Origin: an uncultured Actinomycetota bacterium
GTDB lineage: Bacteria; Actinomycetota; Actinomycetes; Propionibacteriales; Nocardioidaceae
Direction of reading: 5' to 3'
DNA: 64,000 nt
NCBI GenBank assembly: GCA_963757665.1
Contig: CAVWSY010000002.1
Location: 476,797 to 540,796, forward strand
The translations under genes and the position numbers were made by a program. The notes beneath the pieces were generated by a model. That model was given only the letters and a program-made list of their open reading frames with translations, was not told the origin of the DNA and did no database searches. Of the stretch, positions 19,343-28,387 are shown piece after piece. Position 1 is the first letter of the stretch. Each line of letters begins with the position of its first letter.

Positions 19343-20917
19343 GTGCTTCGACGAGTCGGCTCCTGGATGAGCGCCCGGGAACCGCGATCGTGGGCCGGGT
19401 GGAGGCGGGTGGATCCGCTGGTGCTCGTGGTCGTTGCGGTTTCCATGGTCGTCTTCACGTTGCACGGCTTTCACGGCACGCTGACCCGTGACCTCGGCAT
19501 CTACAGCTATGCCGGCCAGCAGGTGGCCGACGGGGTGCCGCCCTACCTCGGCGTCCTGAACCGGGCTGGGCCGCTCGCGCACGTCCTCCCCGGCCTCGGG
19601 GTGCTGCTCGCACGACTAGGTGGGCTCGATGACGTGGTCACGATGCGGGTCCTGTTCATGCTGATCGCCACCGCCGCGGTCGGCGCCAGCTATCTGCTCG
19701 GTCGCGACCTCTTCCGGTCGCGGCTCGCGGGACTGGTCACTGCCGGGACGCTGCTGTCCCTGCATGGCTTCATCCACTACGCCTCCAACGGTCCACGCGA
19801 GAAGACGCCGATGGCCTTGTTCATCATCTGCGCGCTGTGGGCCGTCACCCGCCGATGGTGGTTCACCGCCGGCGTCTGCGTGAGCCTGGCCACGCTGTGC
19901 CTGCAGACCGCATTCCTCAGCACCTTCGCCGCCGTGGTCGTCGGAGCCCTGCTGCTGGCATCGGGAGGACGGTTGCGCGCACTCGGCCGGGTGGCACTGG
20001 GCGGGCTTGTGCCGGTGGTCGTGTTGGGGGTGTGGTTCGCCCTGGCGGGCTCGCTGCGGGCCTCGGTCGACGCGTTCTACGTGATCAACATGCGCTACAC
20101 GGTGCCGAACCCGGTGATGGACAAGCTCGACGTCGTCTGGCTGGACCTGCACGAGGCGTACGGCGTGACCGCCTGGCTCATCTTCGGTGGCCTGGCCGCC
20201 CTGGTGTTGTACTCGTGCGCGGTCGTGTCGCGGCGTGCTCGTGAGTCGGACCCGGCCGTGCTGGTCCTGCCGGCCATGTCGATCGGCATGCTCGTCGGGC
20301 TCGCCTGGACCCTGAAGGACTACGACTCGTGGGCCGACCTGTTCACGGTGCTCCCCTTCTCGGCCATCGGCATCGGTGGTGCGTTCGCGTTCGCCGAGCG
20401 ACATCTCTCCCGGCGCACGGCTGGGGTGGTCGCGGCGGTGCTCTCGGTCGCCGCAGTCGTGCTCGCCCTGGTGTTCTCGATCTCGATGCGCGAGGACAGC
20501 CTCGACGTGCAGCGGCACGACGTCGATGCGGTGCTCGCACAGCTGCCGAAGGGCGCCACGATCACCTCGATCGAGGCCCCGCAGCCCCTGGTGCTCACGG
20601 AACGGACCAACCCCACGCGCTACCAGATGTTCCGCGGGGGCCTGCAGGACTACATGAACGACACCTGGCCAGGAGGACTCGACGCCTTCAAGCGGGACCT
20701 GGTGGCCCGCAAGCCCGACCTGATTGCGGTGGGGGAGACGGTCTCGCACCGCTGGCGAGCCTCGATCGAGCCGGACTACGACTACGTCGGCAGCGCGACC
20801 GGGTGGGACTGGTACGCCCGAGCCTCACTCGGCCCGGCGAAGACCGCCGCCCTGCGCAAGGCGGCAGGCTACGACGCGCATGACCCGCTGGCCCGGCCGG
20901 AGGTCCCTCCCGCATGA
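19343..20917 (+). CDS. polytopic membrane protein, GT-C-type (ArnT/PMT-like) glycosyltransferase candidate
   Basis: 524 aa with more than 10 TM segments. The first loop DLGIYSYAGQQVADGVPPY resembles the catalytic loop region of polyprenyl-phosphate-sugar-dependent transferases. Assignment is by resemblance only. Confidence 0.55.
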   Translation: MLRRVGSWMSAREPRSWAGWRRVDPLVLVVVAVSMVVFTLHGFHGTLTRDLGIYSYAGQQVADGVPPYLGVLNRAGPLAHVLPGLGVLLARLGGLDDVVTMRVLFMLIATAAVGASYLLGRDLFRSRLAGLVTAGTLLSLHGFIHYASNGPREKTPMALFIICALWAVTRRWWFTAGVCVSLATLCLQTAFLSTFAAVVVGALLLASGGRLRALGRVALGGLVPVVVLGVWFALAGSLRASVDAFYVINMRYTVPNPVMDKLDVVWLDLHEAYGVTAWLIFGGLAALVLYSCAVVSRRARESDPAVLVLPAMSIGMLVGLAWTLKDYDSWADLFTVLPFSAIGIGGAFAFAERHLSRRTAGVVAAVLSVAAVVLALVFSISMREDSLDVQRHDVDAVLAQLPKGATITSIEAPQPLVLTERTNPTRYQMFRGGLQDYMNDTWPGGLDAFKRDLVARKPDLIAVGETVSHRWRASIEPDYDYVGSATGWDWYARASLGPAKTAALRKAAGYDAHDPLARPEVPPA

Positions 20918-22134
20918 CGCGCGCGAGGCGCGGGGCTGCCGCGCTGGCGCTCGGCTCGGTCGTGAGCGGGCTGCTGGCCTATGTGCTGTTCGCGCTGATC
21001 ACCCGAGGTCTCGGTGCGGAGACGGCCGCGCCGGTCTCCGTGCTGTGGACGCTGTGGGCCTTCACTGGCGCGGCGTTCACCTTCCCGTTGCAGCACTGGA
21101 TCACGCGCAGCATCGTCGCCGGTCACGAGGGCGATGTACGGCGGGCCTCGGTGCAGGTGTCGTTGCTCGTCGCCGCGGCCGCCCTCGTCCTCGGCGGGCT
21201 TGCCTGGCTGGTCCGCGATCAGCTGTTCCACCGAGACGATGCGTGGTTCCCGGTCCTGGTCGTGCTCCTGACGCTGGGCTCCGCGGTGGTCGGCGTCGTC
21301 CGCGGCGGCCTCGGTGGTCGAGGCCGGTTCGAGGCCGTGGCCTGGAGTCTCGTCGCCGAGAACGGCCTGCGGTGCCTGCTCGTCGGTGCGCTCCTGCTGT
21401 CCGGCGACCACGACCAGGTCGCTTATGGGCTGTGCCTGGTGGCCGGCTCCCTCGTCGCGATGCTGTGGCCCACCGCGCTGCGGTTCACCGATACCGGCGC
21501 GGGGGAGGCGCGCCCGTTCGCGTTCCTCGGCGGTGCCGCCACCGGACAGTTGGTCAGCCAGACCGTGCTCACCGGGGCGCCGGTGCTGCTGGCGCTGCTG
21601 GGAGGTGCGCCACGTGAGGTGACCGCGATGTTCGCGGCGCTGGCGCTGTTCCGGGCGCCCTACATGGTCGCGCTGGGGATGGTGCCGCAGCTGAACCTGC
21701 GCGTCACGGGGCACGCTGTGGCCGCGAACCACGACGCACTACGGTCGCTCCTTCGCGGCCTGGCCGCACTCACGGTTCTTGCAGTGGCGCTGGCCGGTGT
21801 GCTCGGTGCACTGCTCGGACCGGCAGTGCTGCACCTCGTCTTCGGCGCCACCGTCGACGTCGCCCCCGGCCAGGCCGCCGTGCTCGCGGCCGGTTCTGCC
21901 CTCGCGGTCACCAACCTGGTGCTGATGGTCAGCGCGCTCGCCCTGGACAATCCAGTCGCTGTGGTCCGCGCCTGGGGCGTGGCACTTCTCGCCGGGGCGG
22001 GCGGCGTCGTCGCGCTGAGTGGCCTGTCCCCGGCCGGCACCTCGTCGGGTGGATTCCTGGTCGCCGAGATCGCCGCCACGGCAGCGCTGGCGGTCGTGGC
22101 GGTCGTGGCGGTCCGGGCGGTCAGCCGGGCTTGA
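20914..22134 (+). CDS. polysaccharide biosynthesis / Wzx-like (MOP superfamily) flippase candidate
   Basis: ATGA overlap with the upstream gene. 406-aa, highly hydrophobic, Ala/Leu-rich protein with about 12 TM segments. Confidence 0.55.
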   Translation: MTRARRGAAALALGSVVSGLLAYVLFALITRGLGAETAAPVSVLWTLWAFTGAAFTFPLQHWITRSIVAGHEGDVRRASVQVSLLVAAAALVLGGLAWLVRDQLFHRDDAWFPVLVVLLTLGSAVVGVVRGGLGGRGRFEAVAWSLVAENGLRCLLVGALLLSGDHDQVAYGLCLVAGSLVAMLWPTALRFTDTGAGEARPFAFLGGAATGQLVSQTVLTGAPVLLALLGGAPREVTAMFAALALFRAPYMVALGMVPQLNLRVTGHAVAANHDALRSLLRGLAALTVLAVALAGVLGALLGPAVLHLVFGATVDVAPGQAAVLAAGSALAVTNLVLMVSALALDNPVAVVRAWGVALLAGAGGVVALSGLSPAGTSSGGFLVAEIAATAALAVVAVVAVRAVSRA

Positions 22135-22840
22135 CCGCGACCAGGAAGACCGAAGACCCGAACGGCAGGTCAACTCGGCGCAGCATGCGCGCGTCCATGG
22201 CGCACAGACTCATCAGCACCTTGTCGGTCCGGGGTGAGACCTGCGGCAGCCGGGTGTCGCCGTCCGATGCGGCACTGACGCGGCGGCGTACGCGCTCGGC
22301 CACGAAGAGCGGAAACACGCCACCGAAGGCGTACGTCGCCCGGAGCACCTGCATTCCGGCCCCCTCGACCAGCCCGGTGAGGTGCGGCCGGGTGTAGCGA
22401 CGGTGGTGGCCGGCCTGGACGTCGTGCTGCGACCACGCCCACTGGTAGGCCGGGACCGAGAGCAACATCCGTCCACCGGGCGTGAGCACTCGCGCAAGCT
22501 CAGCGACCGCTCGCGCATCGTCGTCACAGTGCTCCACCACGTCGAACGCGGACACCACGTCGAAGGTCCCGTCGGCAAAGGGCAGCTGCATGGCTGACCC
22601 GCACACACCCTCGCCGGGCACGAGACCGGCGGGGAGCAGGTCGAGGTTGACGTGCTGCTGGTCGCCGCGCATCCACCCCACGCTCGGTGCGTCGGCGCTG
22701 CCCACGTCGAGGGTGCGCCGCGGTGTTCCGAGGTAGTGCGCCATCACGACCTCAAGGAGGTCGGCGCGGGCGCGGTGCCACCAATAACCCCGCTGACGCA
22801 GTGAGGAGGAGCCCGGCTGCGTGATCGGTCGTGAGCTCAC
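22121..22840 (-). CDS. class I SAM-dependent methyltransferase
   Basis: Motif I LDVGSADA, FDVVSAFDVVEH, and post-motif LARVLTPGGRMLL. GTG 22840 forms a GTGA overlap with the aminotransferase stop. Confidence 0.85.
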   Translation of the reverse strand: MSSRPITQPGSSSLRQRGYWWHRARADLLEVVMAHYLGTPRRTLDVGSADAPSVGWMRGDQQHVNLDLLPAGLVPGEGVCGSAMQLPFADGTFDVVSAFDVVEHCDDDARAVAELARVLTPGGRMLLSVPAYQWAWSQHDVQAGHHRRYTRPHLTGLVEGAGMQVLRATYAFGGVFPLFVAERVRRRVSAASDGDTRLPQVSPRTDKVLMSLCAMDARMLRRVDLPFGSSVFLVAVKPG

Positions 22841-24003
22841 CCGTTGCGCGCCGTCGCCGTCGTCGCGTCGAGGAACGCGGCCACGGTGCGAGCGAGGTCG
22901 CGCCCGTCGAGGTTGTTGTAGAACGGCAACCGCAGGATTCGACCACTGATCTCCACCGACACCGGACACTCCGTGTCGCGCGCCGCGAACGTCCGTCCTG
23001 CATCCGAGGCGTGGAGCGGCAGGTAGTGGAAGGTCGCCTGCACGCCCGTCTTGCGCATCGCTTCGAGCACGTCGTTGCGGCGGTCGCGGTCGGGCAGCAG
23101 CACGTAGAACATGTGGTAGGCCGAGTCGCGTCCCTCCGGGATCTGCATCAGCTCGAAGCCGAGCTCCTCGGCGTACGGCGACAGCGCGGCCTCGTAGTGC
23201 TCGTGGACGCCGCGGCGCTTGGCCTGGATCACGTCGCGCTGCTCGAGCTGCGCGAGGAGGTACGCCGCCAGCACGTCGGAGAGCCCGAAGGAGGACCCGG
23301 TGTCCTTCCAGGTGTACTTGTCGACCTGGCCGAGCATGAACGCGTGCCGGTTGGTGCCCTTGTCGTAGAGCACTCGTGCGCGGTAGGCGTCTTCGGCGTC
23401 GTTGAGGACCAGCGCGCCACCCTCACCGCAGACGAAGTTCTTGGTCTCGTGAAAGCTCAGCGCGGCGTAGCGGCCGAGGCTCCCCAGTGGCTGGTCGCGC
23501 CAGCTGCCGAACAGGCCGTGAGCGTTGTCCTCGATCAGGCGTACGTCGGGCCACGTGGCCAGCACCGCCTGGATGCCCTCCATGTCGCAGGCGACACCGG
23601 CGTAGTGCACCACGACGACCGCGCGCACGTGCTCGTCGAGCAAGCTCGCGAGGTGCGCTGGGTCGACGCCCAGCGTGAGAGGCTCGATGTCGCAGAACAC
23701 CAGTCCGGCACCCTGTCGAGCGAAGGCGAGAGCGGTGCTGGTGAAGGTGAACGACGGCACGATCACCGTGTCGCCGGGCTGCAGCTCGAGCAGCATCGCG
23801 GACAGCTCCAGGGCAGCCGTGCACGATGTGGTCATCAGCACCTCAGGCGCGCCAGTGTGCTCGGCGAGGATCTCCGCCGTGCGTCTGGCGAACTCACCGC
23901 CCGACGCGGGGTGGCCGCCCTCGATCGCCTGCTGCACGTAGTCGAGCTCGTGGCCCTCGACGGAGGCGAGGTTGAACGAGATGTCCGGGAGGTCGTCCTC
24001 CAT
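22837..24003 (-). CDS. DegT/DnrJ/EryC1/StrS aminotransferase, WecE-like (dTDP-4-amino-4,6-dideoxyhexose transaminase type)
   Basis: PLP-lysine motif SFHETKN, SCTAALE, and the FYNNL C-terminal block. ATG 24003, with GTG 24033 as an alternative. Confidence 0.9.
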   Translation of the reverse strand: MEDDLPDISFNLASVEGHELDYVQQAIEGGHPASGGEFARRTAEILAEHTGAPEVLMTTSCTAALELSAMLLELQPGDTVIVPSFTFTSTALAFARQGAGLVFCDIEPLTLGVDPAHLASLLDEHVRAVVVVHYAGVACDMEGIQAVLATWPDVRLIEDNAHGLFGSWRDQPLGSLGRYAALSFHETKNFVCGEGGALVLNDAEDAYRARVLYDKGTNRHAFMLGQVDKYTWKDTGSSFGLSDVLAAYLLAQLEQRDVIQAKRRGVHEHYEAALSPYAEELGFELMQIPEGRDSAYHMFYVLLPDRDRRNDVLEAMRKTGVQATFHYLPLHASDAGRTFAARDTECPVSVEISGRILRLPFYNNLDGRDLARTVAAFLDATTATARNG

Positions 24004-24059
24004 GGCGTTCTGTTCGTCTTCGGGTGCAAGCACGTGCCGCTACCTCCGTGTCCCATCGA

Positions 24060-24809
24060 TCACCACGGCAGCGTCCTGCCGAGATGAGCCCCCAAGGCCG
24101 CGTTGCTCGCCTCGAAGTACGTCTCCAGTGTTCCCAACAGGGTCTCACTCAATGCGGGTGGGTCACCTTCGCTGTTGTTGACCGGCTCGCGGGACGGCGC
24201 GGGCCTGCGCTCCGGGTCGACGCCGAGGTCACGAAACAGCCCGGTCAGGACGGTGGGGTCGCCCAGCAACTCCTCCAGGAACAACACGTGGGTGGTCTCG
24301 GGGAACGTGGCCGACCACGTCTTGAGGTAGTCGAGGTAGCGGCCGCGCCGGAGGTAGGCGAACGGCGAGACCGAAGTCGCCTCCCGGTCCCAGGGTTGCT
24401 CACCGTCGAGGTCGGCACGCAGTGCCTCCTCCAGCTGCCGCGTCTCCAGGCCGTTCTCGGTGCTGAACCGCCAGTTCGACACGGCACGTCGCACCGGGTC
24501 GCGCAGCACTGCGATCACGTGCACCTCGCCGAGCATGTCCATGACCCGGGCAGCCGCCTTGGGGTCCTCCAGGTAGCTCGTGCTCTTCTCGCCGAGGACC
24601 AGCTCGTCGCCGGCGTGGGCGAACCAGGTGCGGTGGTACCACTCCGGGCCGCGGGCGGCCGTGTCCGCATCACAGAACACCTTGGGTTCGGGCCATGCGG
24701 GGCGGGCCATGGTGATCTCCGGATGAGCATCCAGAGCCGCGCTGAGATAGGTCGTCCCGGAGCGCTGGGCGCCGATGAGCAGCAGGTGTCCACGGTGCAG
24801 GTCGGTCAC
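24060..24809 (-). CDS. PAPS-dependent sulfotransferase family protein
   Basis: 5'-PSB loop GAQRSGTTYL and 3'-PB motif RDPVRRAVSNW. GTGA overlap with the GT2 stop. Confidence 0.85.
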   Translation of the reverse strand: MTDLHRGHLLLIGAQRSGTTYLSAALDAHPEITMARPAWPEPKVFCDADTAARGPEWYHRTWFAHAGDELVLGEKSTSYLEDPKAAARVMDMLGEVHVIAVLRDPVRRAVSNWRFSTENGLETRQLEEALRADLDGEQPWDREATSVSPFAYLRRGRYLDYLKTWSATFPETTHVLFLEELLGDPTVLTGLFRDLGVDPERRPAPSREPVNNSEGDPPALSETLLGTLETYFEASNAALGAHLGRTLPW

Positions 24810-25795
24810 GAGGAGACCCGATCCGTCACGTGGTAGGTGGTGACCGCGCTGACGGCGTTGAGGGTGCGTACGACGTACTCGCCCAGCATCGAGAGCAGCA
24901 TGATGACGACTCCGTTGAGCACGGCCAGCAGCACCGCGATCGTTGTCCAGCCCTCGACATGGGACTGCACGAACAGCGACCTCACGAAGTAGAAGACACC
25001 GAGCAGGAAGCTGCCGAACGCCACCATGAAACCGGCAGCCGCGGCGGCCCTCAACGGGAACACCGAGTAGCTGAACAGGATCGCCAGCACCAGCGACATG
25101 ATGCGGCGCATGCCGTAGTTGCTGGTGCCGACCGGACGCGGGTCGTGCCGGACCATGACGTCGGTGACGTTGTTGGAGTACAACAGTGCCTGACCGGTGA
25201 TGTAGGGGTGCGCCGTGCGGGACTCACAGATCCGTTCGACCACGTCGCGGCGCAAGATCCGGAAATTCGAGACGGCGAGCCCGGGAGGCTGGCTGAAGAC
25301 GCGACGGTTGACCAGACCGATCAGCTTGGTGCCGAGTCGCCGATAGCCGCGGGCCTGCTTCTGCTCGAACCGACCGAACACGACATCGTGACCGCGCATC
25401 GCCTCCGCGATCAGCAGCAGCGCCTGATCAGGCGGGTTCTGCAGGTCGTCATCCATGGTGATGACGTAGTCGCCGGTGGACTCGCGCATGCCCGCGAGGT
25501 TGGCGTGGTGCTGGCCGTAGTTGCGCAGCAGGTTGAGCGCGACGAGGTGCGGCGAGGTGCGCGCTTGTTCGGCGATCACGCCCCAGCTGCCGTCATTGCT
25601 GCCGTCGTTCACGAGCACGATCTGGTAGCGCAGTCCGGCGTTCTCGAAGACCTCGGCGGTCCGATCGATCGTGGTGGCCACCACGCCGGCGCTGTTGAAG
25701 ACCGGGATCACGATCGAGTAGGTGAAGTCGGCCGGGTCAGGTGACCCGCCTCGGTCGACGGGCCGCAGAGGGGTCGGGTCGTTGCTCACCGGCAT
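24806..25795 (-). CDS. family 2 glycosyltransferase, polyprenyl-phosphate sugar transferase type (ArnC/GtrB/DPM1-like)
   Basis: IVIPVFNS, VNDGSNDGS, MDDDLQNPP (DxD), and two C-terminal TM helices. ATG 25795; the longer ORF to 26515 is a high-GC artefact. Confidence 0.9.
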   Translation of the reverse strand: MPVSNDPTPLRPVDRGGSPDPADFTYSIVIPVFNSAGVVATTIDRTAEVFENAGLRYQIVLVNDGSNDGSWGVIAEQARTSPHLVALNLLRNYGQHHANLAGMRESTGDYVITMDDDLQNPPDQALLLIAEAMRGHDVVFGRFEQKQARGYRRLGTKLIGLVNRRVFSQPPGLAVSNFRILRRDVVERICESRTAHPYITGQALLYSNNVTDVMVRHDPRPVGTSNYGMRRIMSLVLAILFSYSVFPLRAAAAAGFMVAFGSFLLGVFYFVRSLFVQSHVEGWTTIAVLLAVLNGVVIMLLSMLGEYVVRTLNAVSAVTTYHVTDRVSS

Positions 25796-25887
25796 ACCTC
25801 CCTCGCGTCGTCTTCCGTGAGGGCCGTCTCGGGGCCCGCACCTGAGCATATGACGCCTGCCCGTCCCGGGCCACGCCCTGGCCCCGC

Positions 25888-26874
25888 TCAGGAACGGGTG
25901 AGGACGACGTGCTTGCCGAAGGTGCGGTTGAGCTCGAGATCGAGGTGGGCCTCGCGGATGTCGTCGAACCGATGTGTGTGGATCGGCCCGAGACCCGCGG
26001 AGCCCTCCGCGAGCCGGTCGAGGTATCCCTGCAGCACCTCGGGAGGCAGGTCGGCGCTGCCGCCGCCGTACCCGGTCAGGCGGACGCCGGAGGGGATGTA
26101 GTCGATGGGGTAGAAGTCCCGCACTGTCCACTGGTTCGAGAGCATGCCCGTGAAGCAGACCGTGCCATGGACCTTGGTGGCGCGAAGCGTGTCGGGGAGC
26201 GTCGGGGTGCCGACGAGCTCGAGGGCAGCGTCCGCGCCGTCGCCGAGAAGGCCGTTGACCTGGGCCGCGATCTGTCCGTCGTCGACGAGGACATGATCGA
26301 CGCCGTGATCCAGCAGCGACTGGACTCGTTCGGTCTGGCGGGTGGTGGCGAGGACGGTTGCGCCCAGGTCCTTGGCGACGGTGGCGGCGGCCAGGCCCAC
26401 TGAGGACGTGCCGCCGCGCACCAGGAGGGTCTGGCCCGGTTTCAGATCGAGGCCGGTGGTGAGGGAGCCGTAGGCGGTCTGCAGTGTCTCGGGCACCGCG
26501 CCGATGACCTCCCACGGGACTTCGGAGCTGAACGCGATGACCTGCCCACGCGGTACGACGGTGTACTCGGCGTACCCGCCGTCGAAGGTGCGGCCCATGC
26601 CACCCATCAGCGTGGCCACCTGCTGCCCACGGGGCAGCTCGCCACCTGGGTCGAGATCGACCACACCGACGGCTTCGATGCCGAGGACACGGGGGAGGGT
26701 CACGCCCCGGGCCAGACCGAGCCTGGTGTGCAGCTCGGATCGGTTCAGGCCGAAGGCCAGCACCTTGATTCGGACCCAGCCAGGTGACGGCTCGGGGACG
26801 GGCAGGTCACGGATCTGCAGGTTCTCCACCGGCCCGGGGGCATCCAGCACCACCGCGCGCATCGTGTCGACCAT
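25888..26874 (-). CDS. zinc-type alcohol dehydrogenase / quinone oxidoreductase (MDR family)
   Basis: MRAVVLD...GLNRSELH...VRGGTSSVGLAAATVAK nucleotide-binding motif. 328 aa. Confidence 0.85.
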   Translation of the reverse strand: MVDTMRAVVLDAPGPVENLQIRDLPVPEPSPGWVRIKVLAFGLNRSELHTRLGLARGVTLPRVLGIEAVGVVDLDPGGELPRGQQVATLMGGMGRTFDGGYAEYTVVPRGQVIAFSSEVPWEVIGAVPETLQTAYGSLTTGLDLKPGQTLLVRGGTSSVGLAAATVAKDLGATVLATTRQTERVQSLLDHGVDHVLVDDGQIAAQVNGLLGDGADAALELVGTPTLPDTLRATKVHGTVCFTGMLSNQWTVRDFYPIDYIPSGVRLTGYGGGSADLPPEVLQGYLDRLAEGSAGLGPIHTHRFDDIREAHLDLELNRTFGKHVVLTRS

Positions 26875-26925
26875 CCGCTGTCTCCTGCCCGTCTTCCGCA
26901 GCTTGCCTGGAGTACGTCTAGGTGG

Positions 26926-27495
26926 TCAGGCGTTCTTGATGGCCGAGACCTCGAACTCGAGGGTGATCTTCTCGCTGACCAGGACACCGCCGGTCTCGAG
27001 AGCGGCGTTCCAGCTGACGCCGTAGTCCTTGCGGTTGATGACGACCGAGCCCTCGAAACCGACGCGCAGGTTGCCGAAGGGGTCGGTGGCCGCACCCTCG
27101 AACTCGAAGGGGACGGTGATCGCGTTGGTGACGCCCTTGATCGTCAGGTCGCCGGTCAGCTCCAGGCTGGTCTCGCCGGTCTGGCGGACGCCGGTGGAGA
27201 CGAAGGTGATCTGCGGGTGGTCCTCGAGGGCGAGGAAGTCGTTGCTGCGCAGGTGGCCGTCACGCTGCTCGTTGCGGGTGTCGATGCTGGCTGCCTGGAT
27301 GGTCAGTTGCGCGGTCGACCTGGTGAAGTCGTCGGCGTCGACGACGGCGCTGCCCTCGAACTCGTTGAACTGGCCGCGGACCTTGGTGACCATCGCGTGC
27401 CGTGCCACGAACCCGATGCGGGTGTGGCTCGGGTCGAGGACGTAGGTGCCGGAGAGGTCGGTGAGGGTGGCGGGGGTGTTGATGGTGTTCGTCAT
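26926..27495 (-). CDS. YceI family protein
   Basis: YVLDPSHTRIGFVARHAMVTKVRGQF...LTIKGVT...VVINRKDYGV is the canonical YceI pattern. ATG 27495. Confidence 0.9.
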   Translation of the reverse strand: MTNTINTPATLTDLSGTYVLDPSHTRIGFVARHAMVTKVRGQFNEFEGSAVVDADDFTRSTAQLTIQAASIDTRNEQRDGHLRSNDFLALEDHPQITFVSTGVRQTGETSLELTGDLTIKGVTNAITVPFEFEGAATDPFGNLRVGFEGSVVINRKDYGVSWNAALETGGVLVSEKITLEFEVSAIKNA

Positions 27496-27542
27496 GGCTG
27501 AACTCCTGTTGCTCGCTTGCGGGATCACGTCGACCGAGTTGT

Positions 27543-27585
27543 TGACGTGTCATCTACATATGATCACAAGGTAGATGACGTGTCA
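27543..27585. promoter_or_regulatory. probable MarR operator in the YceI/MarR divergent intergenic region
   Basis: TGACGTGTCA occurs twice (27543-27552 and 27576-27585). GTCATCTAC / GTAGATGAC (27549-27557 and 27571-27579) form a perfect 9-bp inverted repeat with a 13-bp AT-rich spacer. Confidence 0.55.
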
Positions 27586-27602
27586 ATTATTCCCGGCTAG
27601 GA

Positions 27603-28088
27603 ATGAGGTCCATGACATCCGAGACCCCGTGGCTGAGTGCGCAGGAGGAACACCTCTGGCGCACCTGGTCGCAGCTGAACAACGAGCTCTCTGCGCGGCT
27701 GCAGCGTGAGCTCCAGGACGACGCCCAGCTCTCGCTGTCGGACTACGAGGTGCTGGTCCACCTCACCGACAACGCCGAGGGTCGGGTCCGGGTGTCCGAT
27801 CTCGCTCGCCTGCTGCAATGGGGGACGAGCCGGGTCTCGCACCACGTCACGCGGATGCGACGCCGGGGGCTCGTGGAGCGTGTCGAGTGCGTCGAGGACG
27901 GCAGGGGCGCCTTCGTTGCCGTGACCCCCGAGGGACGCACCGCCATCGAGCGGGCCGCGCCCGGACACGTCGCCGCTGTGCGCCGCCTGGTGATCGACAC
28001 CCTCGACGCCAAGGACGTGGCCGCCCTCAACGTTGCCTTCGACAAGATGCTGGCGCACCTCGACGACGAGTTCGGCGACCCGAGGTGA
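27603..28088 (+). CDS. MarR family transcriptional regulator
   Basis: 161 aa. LSLSDYEVLVHLTDNAEGRVRVSDLARLLQWGTSRVSHHVTRMRRRGLVER is a MarR winged HTH. Confidence 0.9.
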   Translation: MRSMTSETPWLSAQEEHLWRTWSQLNNELSARLQRELQDDAQLSLSDYEVLVHLTDNAEGRVRVSDLARLLQWGTSRVSHHVTRMRRRGLVERVECVEDGRGAFVAVTPEGRTAIERAAPGHVAAVRRLVIDTLDAKDVAALNVAFDKMLAHLDDEFGDPR

Positions 28089-28117
28089 CGTCCACCGCCT
28101 GACAGGGAGTCGTGTCC

Positions 28118-28387
28118 TCAGACCGCCGAGGGGTGCTCGGCCAACGGCGTGATCGTCATGTGCATGAAGGGAAAAAGCGGCAGGTCCCACAACACCTGGT
28201 GCAGCTCGTCGTTGTCGGCGACGTCGAAGACGCTGAGGTTGGAGTAGGCGCCCACTACGCGCCAGATGTGGACCCACTTCCCGCTCCGCTGCAGCTCCTG
28301 GCTGTAGACCTTCTCGCGCGCCAACAGGTCCTCACGCCCGGGGATGTCGAGCGGGAGGTCCACGTCCATGCGTACGGCGAAGAGCAT
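28118..28387 (-). CDS. catC: muconolactone delta-isomerase
   Basis: 89 aa. MLFAVRMDVDLP...GKWVHIWRVVG...SVFDV matches the CatC family. ATGA overlap with the catA stop. Confidence 0.9.
   Translation of the reverse strand: MLFAVRMDVDLPLDIPGREDLLAREKVYSQELQRSGKWVHIWRVVGAYSNLSVFDVADNDELHQVLWDLPLFPFMHMTITPLAEHPSAV

Noticed and set aside
24806-26515. 569-aa version of the GT2 ORF, with an N-terminal 240-aa extension.
   Set aside because: The extension is Arg/Pro-rich nonsense and overlaps the well-supported MDR oxidoreductase gene on the same strand. The GT2 domain starts cleanly at ATG 25795.
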